Positions 1-9,176 of a stretch of DNA of 64,000 bases are shown in pieces. Under the pieces are notes generated by a model that saw only the letters and a list, made by a program, of their open reading frames with translations, did not search any database and had not been told where the DNA came from. Source of the stretch: Bryobacterales bacterium (lineage in GTDB: Bacteria > Acidobacteriota > Terriglobia > Bryobacterales > UBA6623); contig OZ253444.1 of NCBI GenBank assembly GCA_965261065.1, positions 6,838,902-6,902,901 on the forward strand, given 5' to 3'. Each line of letters opens with the position of its first letter. Position 1 is the stretch's first letter. A program made the position numbers and the translations under genes.

Positions 1-149
1 GAGGCGCCGGATTCCCGGATCTTCGACGGCGCTCCGTCGACAACCTCACGGTCGAATACGTCGACGAGACGAATGGCGATGGGGTCTGGCGCGGTACCTC
101 CGCACGCAGAGAGCAGCAGAAGGACGGGTATTACAGGGCGGCGCGTCAT
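1..149 (-). CDS. Lipoprotein N-terminus, running off the window edge
   Basis: ATG at 149 opens MTRRPVIPVLLLLSACGGTAPDPIAIRLVDVF with a lipobox (LSAC); the frame stays open to the window edge. Confidence 0.55.
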   Translation of the reverse strand, partial: MTRRPVIPVLLLLSACGGTAPDPIAIRLVDVFDREVVDGAPSKIRESGA

Positions 150-259
150 GTACAGCCCCCATTGTGGACTACTGTGGTGGAAAGTGGCGCGGCCGGTGTG
201 GCCACGAGAGCATCATCTGAACCACCGCGTCAAGTCTTGTGGGAGCAGGGCCGGCACAT

Positions 260-305
260 GTGGCGTAAGGCTCCAGCCTTGCCGAGTCTCGATTCTTCGG
301 GACTC
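260..305 (-). repeat. Bipartite hairpin REP-like repeat, family A
   Basis: Minus strand GAGTCCCG-AAGAAT-CGAGACTC-GGCA-AGGCTGGAGCCT-TACGCCAC; same architecture at 348-394, 12631-12676, 12717-12754 and 52153-52198. Confidence 0.75.
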
Positions 306-347
306 AGGATGGCAAACGACCGAGCAGCCCCTACGGGCCGCAGGCCT

Positions 348-394
348 GAGAACCGAGGAATCGGTTCTCGGCAAGCCTGGAGGTGTCACGCCAC
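348..394 (+). repeat. Bipartite hairpin REP-like repeat, family A (inverted partner of 260-305)
   Basis: GAGAACCG-AGGAAT-CGGTTCTC-GGCA-AGCCTGGAGGTG-TCACGCCAC; perfect 8-bp first stem. Confidence 0.75.
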
Positions 395-430
395 GTCGGG
401 CGCGGCCAGGCAGCGAAGGGTACAACCGAC

Positions 431-509
431 ACGAATCACGAATCACAGATCACGAAACACCAATCACGATCTTCTTCCGACACGAATCACCAATCACGGT
501 TCACGATCT
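431..509. repeat. Degenerate heptamer tandem repeat (ACGAATC-type), two blocks
   Basis: acgaatc acgaatc acagatc acgaaac accaatc acgatct, then acgaatc accaatc acggttc acgatct, immediately past the rnpB 3' end. Confidence 0.8.
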
Positions 510-513
510 CTTA

Positions 514-915
514 GGGCCTGCCGGACTATAAGCCGGTTTCTGTACTCCGGCCGAAGCCGGAGCGGCAGCCATTCGACTAGGACCGGCATTACTGCCGGCC
601 TCGAGCAACCTACCCGGGACTCGACCGCCCGAAGACGGCCGTGGACGCGGCGGGTCACCGCTGGTCCCCTATTTGGTCTTGCTCCGCGTGGGGTTTACCC
701 TGCCACCTCGATTGCTCGAGGCGCGGTGCGCTCTTACCGCACCATTTCACCCTTACCCCGTCGGCGAACCGGCGGGGCGGTATCTTTTCTGTGGCACTTT
801 CCGTGAACCGTCCTTTGAGAACGGCCCCCCGGCCGTTAGCCGGCACGCCACCCTGCGGAGACCGGACTTTCCTCCCCGCCCCGAAGAGCGCGGCGACTGC
901 CCGTCCGGCAAGCCC
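514..915 (-). ncRNA. rnpB: RNase P RNA (bacterial type A)
   Basis: Minus strand has GAGGAAAGUCC near the 5' end and ACAGAAACCGGCUUAU near the 3' end; terminal P1 helix GGGCUUGCCGGAC pairs with GUCCGGCAGGCCC; length about 402 nt. Confidence 0.97.
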
Positions 916-921
916 ACGATG

Positions 922-930
922 ATTCTAGCA
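922..930 (-). promoter_or_regulatory. Extended -10 promoter element of rnpB
   Basis: TGcTAGAAT ends 7 nt upstream of the P1-starting G at 915; no clear -35. Confidence 0.65.
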
Positions 931-1167
931 TCGGCGTGTGAGGGGAAGACGAGTGTGATTCCGTGCGCCTCTTCGCCACCGCCGTCATCGACCACGCGGG
1001 CGCCTGGCGGAAACACCACCAATTAGCTCCACGAGCCCCAACGAGCCTTGCGCAGTTGCATGGTCCTCGCTGGTGAGTCGTGGAGTAAGCCTGTTCGCTT
1101 TGAGCAGGTCAGGAGATGGAATGCCGCGAAAGCGTGGTTGCCGGGCGGGCAAGGGAAGCAGGTGAAG

Positions 1168-1443
1168 CTACTCTCGTGTTGAAGCCTTTCTTCCGCGGCG
1201 TTTGTGGAGGAAGCCGAGGAACTCGTCGACGCTGAGGTCAGCCTCTTTGAGTATGCCGAGGAGGGTTCCCCTCTTGAGATCTTGGGTCTTGTAGGAAACG
1301 GTGACCCGGAGGCTGGGTTTCTCAGGGTGTTTGAGAATGTAGTGGCTACCCCGGCCTCGCTTGGCGTGAATGTAGAAGCCCGCGTGTCTTGTCAAAATGC
1401 GGAGAAGGTCGCGAGGTTTGAGACTGGGGAGGCGGGTGCCCAT
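1168..1443 (-). CDS. hicA: HicA family mRNA interferase toxin
   Basis: LPSLKPRDLLRIL...RGRGSHYILKHP...VTV...DLKRGTLLGILKEA with the GSH motif; ATG overlaps the hicB stop (TGATG). Confidence 0.88.
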   Translation of the reverse strand: MGTRLPSLKPRDLLRILTRHAGFYIHAKRGRGSHYILKHPEKPSLRVTVSYKTQDLKRGTLLGILKEADLSVDEFLGFLHKRRGRKASTRE

Positions 1444-1745
1444 CAAGTGTCAAGTGACACCATTATCTCGCGACGGATCTTATTCTTGGATGCCTTTTGG
1501 CTGTTCTTTTTCTCCTCGGGAATCGGCATGTTATCGTCGCGGAGGCTTTCAAGGTAGGCGAGGACCGCGTCCTCGGACATCGCAAGGGCTTCGTCGAGCG
1601 TGTCACCTTGGGTGACTACGCCAGGTAGTGCTGGGCAAGTGACGACGTAGCCGCCTTCATCAGCCGGCTCTAGGAGGACTGTAAACTTGTAGGCAGCTCG
1701 AGTCGCCGCCGGCGCCGGGCTAAGAACCTGGGATCGTGAAGACAT
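1443..1745 (-). CDS. hicB: HicB family antitoxin
   Basis: FTVLLEPADEGGYVVTCPALPGVVTQGDTLDEALAMSEDAV; AGGAGG Shine-Dalgarno at 1752-1757. Confidence 0.9.
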   Translation of the reverse strand: MSSRSQVLSPAPAATRAAYKFTVLLEPADEGGYVVTCPALPGVVTQGDTLDEALAMSEDAVLAYLESLRDDNMPIPEEKKNSQKASKNKIRREIMVSLDT

Positions 1746-1773
1746 GGGTTACCTCCTAGTGTATACATCGCGA

Positions 1774-1863
1774 TGAGCCAGGTCCATCGGCGCGAATTTC
1801 GAGCTAGCCGATCTCGTTAAACAACTCATTCTCGGCGGCCTCGTGGTACCTAATGGGCCTCAC
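1774..1863 (-). pseudogene. ParE/RelE-type toxin N-terminal stub
   Basis: GTG overlaps the antitoxin stop (GTGA) and reads MRPIRYHEAAENELFNEIG*LEIRADGPG, with an in-frame TAG at 1804-1806; similarity ends just before the hicB SD. Confidence 0.6.
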
Positions 1864-2129
1864 TGGAAAAGTTTGGACGCCTTCTTCGCCACCTCATCCG
1901 CTGGAACCGTCTTGGCCCGACCCGCGAGGTATTCCTCCCATCGCCTCTGTGCTTCCTCGGCCCAAAGGCGTTCGGCCTCTTCCTCAGGTAGATCCTCCAG
2001 ACTCGCCAGAAGCGTCTGCGCCAGGGCCGCCCGATCCTGAACGTCCAGGCTGACGACATTCTTGACAACTTCCGCCAAGTCCGGCATCTTCCCCTCCAAG
2101 ATCATTGTATCTGTCCCTGATGACCCCAA
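1860..2129 (-). CDS. Putative addiction module antitoxin (TIGR02574-like)
   Basis: LDVQDRAALAQTLLASLE...EEAERLWAEEAQRRWEEYLAGRAKTVPADEV; start codon uncertain (2129, 2105 or 2087). Confidence 0.8.
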   Translation of the reverse strand: MGSSGTDTMILEGKMPDLAEVVKNVVSLDVQDRAALAQTLLASLEDLPEEEAERLWAEEAQRRWEEYLAGRAKTVPADEVAKKASKLFQ

Positions 2130-2245
2130 CGACTCGGCAACGATCGAGGTCGAGCACGACCTGCCGTTCGGTTTCCTCGGCAGCGGTCGTTAGTCATCCC
2201 AGCCGGCTGGCAGAGATGTGGTTCAGGGGATGATTCAGCCCACGG

Positions 2246-2316
2246 GGACTCTCCTCCCCGCCCCGAAAGGCGCGGCGACTGCCCGTCCGGCAAGCCCTTG
2301 ATGAGTTTAGCATCGG
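2246..2316 (-). repeat. Duplicate of the rnpB promoter plus its first 52 nt (direct repeat of 864-934)
   Basis: 64/71 identical to 864-934; includes TGcTAAACT and the P1/P3 5' strand; GAGGAAAGUCC is changed to GAGGAGAGUCC. Confidence 0.93.
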
Positions 2317-2644
2317 GGGACGATCTTACGGTTTGCCCATCTGCCCTAGCAGGGTAAATCCTTCGCCGCCAGAGGAGATCTAGTGGTCTGTGGGCACACG
2401 GACGCTCCACGGGTGGCCCTGGTACCGCCTGCTTACGCTAGAATGTTGGGCGAAAGCGCGTCACCGTCGGATACCTACCGAGAAACGATTTCCTGTTGAG
2501 CGACCCAGGTGTCAGAGCTTCCTCAACCGGTCGCCGAGCGGACCCAGATCGAGTCCCATCAAAGGGCTACCGAGACTCTGGGCTGAGAGCGAGTGACATC
2601 GGTTGTTCGCACCACCTACCGCCTGGCGGTCGAATCGAAGTGAC

Positions 2645-2719
2645 CTGATCGGTTCAACAATCAGCTACTACAAAGTCCTCCACAAGCTCGCAAACCGTGG
2701 AATAGGGGTGTGCAAGTAA
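2645..2719 (+). pseudogene. Decayed Ser/Thr kinase N-terminal fragment
   Basis: LIGSTISYYKVLHKLANRGIGVCK* aligns by eye with the start of this window's own kinase, MIGSVVGNYKIIEKIGEGGMGSVFK. Confidence 0.4.
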
Positions 2720-3042
2720 GACATAGCCAGCACCGCTGCAGACTCCAGCTCGAAGAACTGCTGACGCCGGTCAGGGCTGTTCCCCAAACACGGCGACAAA
2801 CTCGTGACTGTCCGCTTCTAGAGCGTCGACTCTTGACATTCTAGACTGGAGACCGGAGGGGGCCTGATGCCTCGGCGAGTTCACGCGGAACGGAACATGA
2901 TTGTCGGCACGCACCGATGCCCCGCTGGATGACGGAGTTTCCCCGGGGAGCCCCAGCGTGGCCGCGAGGAGGAAGAAGAATGCGGTGCCGGCTAGAACGA
3001 AGAGGGTCTCCCTGCAAAGCTGCTTCACCGAGATTCGTGCTA

Positions 3043-4073
3043 GCTGGGTATCCACTTGACTCAGGTGACCCCAAGATGTAGTGTAGGGCCTGGTGGAGGA
3101 TTACCCGCGCGACCAACTCGAATTCGAGTCTCACTTTGCAAGCGAGGAGGCTTGCCGCGACTATCTGTTCGCCTTGCGCTGGCCAGAGGGTTTCCGCTGT
3201 CCAAGGTGTGGGCATGAGCGCGCTTGGCCGGTGCGCAAAGTGTGGTTCGAATGCGCTCGCTGCGGGCGGCAAACCTCCGTCACCGTCGGCACGATCTTTC
3301 AAGACACACGCAAGCCGCTGCGGCTGTGGTTCCGGGCGATGTGGACCATCACCACGCAGAAGAATGGGGCCAGCGCCCTGGGTCTACAGCGCGTTCTGGG
3401 ACTGGGCAGTTACCAAACCGCCTGGCCTTGGATGCACAAGCTGAGGCGAGCGATGGTGCGCCCGGGGCGGGAGCGATTGACGGGCCTCGTCGAGGTCGAT
3501 GAGACCTACTGGGGCGCTGAAGAAGAAGGGGTAATCGGCCGGCAGACCGAGCGTAAAGCGTTGATTGCAGTCGCCGCGGAAGAGAGAGGCACCGGGCTGG
3601 GGCGCATCCGCATGCAGCGCGTTCAGAACGCCTCGGCGGCCAGTTTGATGCCCTTCGTCGAGGAGTCGGTCGAGCCGGGCAGCGTGGTTGTTACCGGCAA
3701 CTGGTCGGGCTACGATCCGCTCAAGAAGAAGGACTACCAGCGTCGTATCATCTCGATTAACAACCGCCGCGAGCAGGCCTCGTAGCTACTGCCGAGGGTG
3801 CACTTGGCGATCTCGCTACTCAAGCGCTGGATGCTGGGCACGCATCAGGGGGCGGTCAGCCACGAGCATCTGGACTACTATCTCGACGAGTTCGTGTTCC
3901 GCTTCAATCGGCGCAGATCACGCAGTCGGGGCAAGCTCTTCTACCGCCTTGTGCAGCAGGCCATGGCGGTGGAGCCGACGCCGTACCGCTCGATCGTCGC
4001 CGATTGGGACGCTAAGACGCTGTGAGCCCAACTACAAGATGTTGGGGTCACCTGAGTCAAGTGGATATCCGGC
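3043..4073 (+). mobile_element. IS1595-family insertion sequence, copy 1
   Basis: Terminal IRs GC(T/C)GG(G/A)TATCCACTTGACTCAGGTGACCCCAA; 8-bp TSD TCGTGCTA at 3035-3042 and 4074-4081. Confidence 0.93.
3093..4025 (+). pseudogene. IS1595 transposase, inactivated
   Basis: Zn-ribbon CPRCG...CARC plus DDE domain; relative to copy 2, TAG at 3783-3785 (CAG) and catalytic VTDNW changed to VTGNW. Confidence 0.92.
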
Positions 4074-5601
4074 TCGTGCTATTCCAATTGTTCTTGACAT
4101 ATTCCGTTCTCCTACTCAGCGCCTGCCAACTCGGGCAGGAAGTTCTCCATGGCCCAAAGACCAAATTCTGCTTTCTCTTGCACAGATAAAGAAATCTGCT
4201 TGCCGTCGGGGCTGACGCTGAGGGCGCTGATGCGACGAGTGTCCAGTTCCTCCTCGGAGAGTTCGCCGGACCAAACCTCACGGATCAGTCCTGTCTCGAC
4301 TGCTTCCCCATCCTCTACGGAAACCCGGATAAGTCTTCCTTTCCCACGCAGGACCATGTAGATATACCGATTGTCGGGCGACCAAGCGTATAGGCCCAAC
4401 CGATGATCCATCCATGGTCCTTTCTCAGCTCGGTAGAGTTCGCGAGTTACGCCGGAGGCGATCGATACGATGTTGAGGCTTGTGTAGTCCGCCCCCCGAC
4501 GTTTAACCGCGAGCATCGTTCCATCGGGCGAGAGTCCGCCTGAGAACATCCTTCTATCCTCTTCAGGCAGCTCGTAGATCTCTTTGTCGCTTCCTATCTT
4601 GAGGTTTCTCTTCACGAAACGAGATGGTTTGCGGAGCTGCACGATGACTTCTTCGCCATTCTTCGTCCAGTCGGTGATCGCGAAAGCCGCTTCTGCGAGT
4701 AATAAGGTCGTCTCTCCAGTCTGGGCGTCCACCCGATAGAGTCCCAACGTGGGTTCAGTACGCGGTCGTCCCATCACAAGGAGCGATCTGCCATCCACGT
4801 GCCACCTGAGGCGTGAGAACTCCGCTAACTGCGGCACTACATCCCGCTCGGCGCCGGTTTCCACAGATCGAATCGAGATTCTCATCCCGGACTGATCGGA
4901 TGGTCCTTGCCAGCTTCGGTACGCAATCTGATTCCCGTCCGGCGACCACGCAGCCCAGTCATTGGAACCGCTGAACTGGTTGGTGAGAAGCCGCGGCTGA
5001 CCATTTACCTTGCCGGTCCGCGGGTCAATAGAAGCGAGGTGGGCGTTCGTCGGTTTGCTCATCAGCGTGTAGTAGAGCGTCCCGCCGTCATCGAAGCCCG
5101 CTGACTTGATCTCGCCTACATGAGGGCGCAGTAACTCCGGCTTCCCCTGTGGCTTGCCATCTTCAACCGCGATGGACCAGATGCCAAAGCTGCCCGATCG
5201 GTTGCTCGCAAAAAGCAGCGTCTCTCCGTTGGGAGTCCAGCCGAGGGCATAGTCGTCAGCAGGATGCGGAGAAACGGGAATGGGTTCGCGACTCTTGACC
5301 GGGAGAATGAACACGTCTCCGTCGGCCACTTCTTGATTTGGCGGGAAATCGTAAGCCACGTATTGTTTGTCGTGAGACAGAAAGGTCCGGCGGCGATAAC
5401 GCCTGGTCGATTCCAGTTCTCTCAGAGTTACCAGCGAACCATCGTCCACCGCCACAAGCACGAGGGCATAATGGCCGCGGCTGGCGGGGCCGGCGGTTTC
5501 GCCGGGCAAGTGAATTCTCGCAAGGATGTGCTTGCCGTCTGACGACCACGCATCCGGGATGACCCACCCGGCGCCGTCGCGGTACGGAGACTTGCTGTAA
5601 A

Positions 5602-7266
5602 CCCGCATTTTCAATTTGATGTTTGACATCCCTACCTTCCAGCGGCCTTGAGCGTCTTTATTCATAGGGGCTAGAGCCCGATGAGGACGCCATGGAGGCC
5701 AACACCCAATGGGTGAAAAACAAACCAAGCCATTCCAGCTAAGTTTCAATGGACTTATCAAAGTCGATTTCCAGGGATCGCACGTCACTTCCGACGGTGG
5801 CCTGATTTTGGTTCGCGAACTGGACGAACGGCTCGGTCTCGGAGAACTGATTGACGAGCATCTCAGCGACTCCCGGCAAGGCACAAACAAGCAGTTCACG
5901 CTCGCTGATCTGTTGCGGCAGTCGGTTTACAGCCGACTCGCCGGCTACGAGGACCTCAACGACGCCGAGCGGGTTTCGATCGATCCGACGTTTCGGCTGA
6001 TCGGTTAGCAGAAGATCTGGGATCGCGGTGCGGCCTTGACCTCGACGCTGCACGGCTTCGAGACGGAGATGCTGGCGAGCGAAGAGAACCTGCTGGGGCT
6101 GATGGCGCTGAACCGAGAGCTGGTCGGGCAAGCGGAAGCGTTCGACGACGCCGAGCGGGTCGTTCTGGACCTGGACTCCACCGAGAGTCCGGTCCATGGC
6201 CAACAGGAAGGCAGTGCCTACAACGGACACTTCGAGTCGGTCTGCTACCACCCGTTGCTTTTGTTCAACGGTCATGGTGATTGCCTCGCTGCCAAGCTGC
6301 GTCCAGGCAACGTGCACAGCGCCGAGGACTGGGATGAGCTCTTGTTGCCGGAGATCGAGCGCCAACAGGCTGCGGGCAAGCAGGTCGCCTTCCGGGGCGA
6401 TGCGGCCTTTGCGAAGCCGGAAGTTTATGAGGCTTCGGAGGAACGCGGAGTACAGTACGCCATTCGCATTCCGGCCAACAAGAGCTTGGAGCTGGAGATC
6501 GAAGACATCCTGTTTCGCCCGCCGGGAAGGCCTTCCCGCAAGCCCTTGGTGCGCTACAAGAGTTTTCGCTATCAGGCGGAGAGTTGGTCGCAGGCGAGGC
6601 GGATCGTCGCTAAGGTCGAGCATCACCAGGGCGAGCTGTTCCCGCGCGTCGGATTCATCGTGACGAGCATGAGCTTGCCGAGCCGCTCGGTGGTGCGCTT
6701 CTACAACAAGCGCGGCACGGCGGAACAGTGGATCAAGGAAGGCAAGCAGGCGACGCACTGGACGCGATTGTCGTGCCATCGATTTCGGGCCAACGAAGTG
6801 CGGTTGCAACTGAGCGTGCTGGCCTACAACCTGGGCAATCTTTGGCGGCGGCTGGGGCTTCCGCAGCGAATCAAGAGTTGGTCGCTGACGAGCTTGCAAC
6901 ACAGGTTGATGAAGACCGGCGGTCGGCTGGTCAAGCACGCGCGGTATTACTGGCTCTTATTGGCGGAGGGACATCTGAACCGGCGGCTGTTCGGCGACAT
7001 GCTGCACAAGATCTGGGCGCTGCCGCTGCCGAGTGGGTAGCATTGCCGGAGTGAGGATCAACAGCTTTTGGCTCCAAAAGGTTTCGCAAGGAGCAGTGTC
7101 GGCCGGAGCGCCGTTCAAGCCGCTCAATCACGACTGTGAGCGGTCGAACCAGCTCTGGCGACTACCAGCAGAGGTGATGTGCAGGGTTCAGCGTGAAAGG
7201 ACGTGCTGTTCGGAGCGGAGCGGGTGTATACTGTGGCCGTGCCAGGGCCAAAATGGAAATCCTGGG
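5602..7266 (+). mobile_element. IS1380-family insertion sequence
   Basis: Imperfect IRs CCCGCATTTTCAATTTG and CCCAGGATTTCCATTTTG; 4-bp TSD TAAA at 5598-5601 and 7267-7270. Confidence 0.9.
5709..7040 (+). pseudogene. IS1380 transposase with a nonsense mutation
   Basis: VTSDGGL, AGYEDLNDA, LDLDST, FRGDAAF and YNKRGTAEQWIKEGK motifs; in-frame TAG at 6006-6008 splits the 5709 and 6036 ORFs, which share a frame. Confidence 0.9.
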
Positions 7267-7474
7267 TAAAGGGTTCGTTGACCGGTGCCGTCCGAGTTGA
7301 TAACTCGCAGCTCCACGGTAGCGTTGGGTAAGCGAGCCGCCGTGTAATAGGTAAAAGCGATGTGTTTGCCGTCGGGTGAGATAACATTCAGATCCGTGAA
7401 TCCCGACTTCGTCCAGGCATCGTCATCGTTCCAGTCGCCGTACTGCGTCAGAACCTTCTTCTCCCCCGTACTTA

Positions 7475-8568
7475 TTGAGTCCCGCATAATATCCCGTCAC
7501 TCGAAGCAAAGAGAAGACTGTTTCCAGAAGGCCGTGATCAAACGCGGTTTGCGGTGCATGCGGCGGAGTGCCTTGCGGACCCGCTCGTTCAGCTCGCCGT
7601 AGTCCTTCGGACAGACGTTCGGCAACTCGTGCTGCTTCCAGTAAGCCCAGATGTATTCCACCGGATTCAACTCCGGCGCATAGGGTGGCAAGTACTCGGT
7701 TGCGATGTGGCCTTCGGAGAGTTGGATGAACTCTTGCACCAGGCGGCTACGGTGCGCAGGCAGCCGGTCCCAGACGATCAGCAGCGGCCGATCGATATGA
7801 CGTACCAACGCCTTGAGAAAGTCGATCACTTGCTCTTTGCCGATCGCACCGGGATAGAGCCGAAAGTAGAAGTTACGCAGCGTCAGCCCCGCCGAGATGG
7901 AAAGCTTCTCCCAATTGAAGTTAAACTGCAGCACCGGTGTTTGGCCGCGTGGCGCCCAGGTGCGGCAGCGATGCGGCTTCTGACTCAATCCGCTTTCGTC
8001 GATGAAGACGAGCGTACGGCCTTCGTTGTGGGCTTTTTTTTAATGCGCGTCCAGGTCTTGCGCTTCCAGGTGCGGATCTGCTCTTCGTTGCGCTCGCGCG
8101 CCTTTCCGACCGGGCGTTGCGGGCTCCAGTCGAGCGCTCGCAGGATCTTCCAGACGTGGCCTTCGTGGTAGTCGACCCCGAACTCGTCTCCGATCAGCCG
8201 AGCCACCCGCGGACAGCTCCACAGGGGCGTGGGGAAGCCGTGGGCTTGCGGGCCTTCCAGCAACAGCGACGTCAGGCGTTCGCGTTGTGCGGCATCGAGG
8301 AGCGGCTTGCGTCCGGCGCACCCGGCCTGGCGGAGTCCGGCCGCACCCTGCTCGCGGTATTGCCGCCGCCACGCACTGACGGTTTGGCGAGCGACTTTCA
8401 GCCGTCTTGCCGTCTCGGACTGATTGTGGCCTTGGTCGAGCAGCCGCATCGCTTCGAAACGGCGCTTCTCCAGGGCCTTGAAATCCCGCTTCACACCTTT
8501 GGGGTTGCCCATACATATATAGATGCTCCAAACTATCAAAAAGTGTCATAATAATTTGCGGGATTCAA
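7475..8568 (-). mobile_element. IS630-family insertion sequence
   Basis: IRs TTGA(G/A)TCCCGCA; TA duplication at 7473-7474 and 8569-8570. Confidence 0.92.
7497..8512 (-). CDS. IS630 transposase, two ORFs joined by a -1 frameshift
   Basis: HTH ORF ends RIKKK at an A8G tract (8033-8041); the -1 frame continues KAHNEGRTLVFIDESG...VWDRLPAH...PPYAPELNPVE. Confidence 0.88.
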
Positions 8569-9176
8569 TAGGTCGCAGATACCGGCGTTGCCGGTATCCC
8601 AATCGCTACAGGAGAGGTAACGTCCATCAGCGCTGATCGTACCTAGAACATCGGCATCGTAGTCATCCATGACAAGCCGCACTGCCATGCCCGTCCTGTC
8701 AGCCGCCTCCGCAACCGGATCGGACGGGTTCAAGATCGGCCCCCGCATCACAGCGAAGGCCACCATGAGTCCGGTCGCGGCGATTGCTAATCCAGGACTG
8801 AGGCGCTTCCAGAGGGGCGCCGCCGTGTCGATATCAGTTCGGGGCTTGCGCACCGCCCGCCAGGCCTCCAGCTCGCTGGGGTAGGCGTAGACGCTAGAGT
8901 GTCCGGCTGTCCTATGCCGGCGGACCGGTAAGTCTTCCAGCCGCTCCCAGCGACGGGCCGTGCTCTCATCCCGACCGAGGTAGGCGGCGATCTCTTTCCA
9001 GGACTGCAGCGGCTTCTCGGAAGCTCGGTTGTCGTCTCGGCCGGGTTTGTTGGTGTGTTCGTTCATTTCGTGGCTCCTGGGTTGCTGGATACGCCCAGGG
9101 TACTTCTGATCCGAGCGGCACGCAATAGGCATAGCCGGTCAAGGACCGTTTGCCCGCTTATGCACGTTCTCGGGGT

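Larger units (their letters stand above)
2771..4100 (-). pseudogene. Small exported/membrane protein gene split by IS1595 copy 1
   Basis: Removing 3043-4073 and one TSD gives an in-frame 96-aa ORF, MSRTIGIARISVKQLCRETLFVLAGTAFFFLLAATLG..., with AGGAG upstream. Confidence 0.6.
4112..9066 (-). pseudogene. HTH-TM-PD40/TolB-like beta-propeller protein interrupted by IS630 and IS1380
   Basis: Segments 9066-8569, 7472-7267 and 5597-4112 join in frame (2190 nt, 729 aa): SWKEIAAYLGRD...W head, TM helix, many W/SPDG repeats. Confidence 0.88.

Noticed and set aside
431-509. CRISPR array
   Set aside because: 7-nt units without spacers; no cas genes. The other repeats also lack regular repeat-spacer periodicity.
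2246-2297. Second RNase P RNA gene
   Set aside because: Similarity stops after 52 nt; no downstream conserved regions or 3' P1 strand.
4112-5899. 595-aa ORF as called by the ORF track
   Set aside because: Its first ~100 residues are antisense IS1380 sequence; the true N-terminus lies beyond the IS elements.
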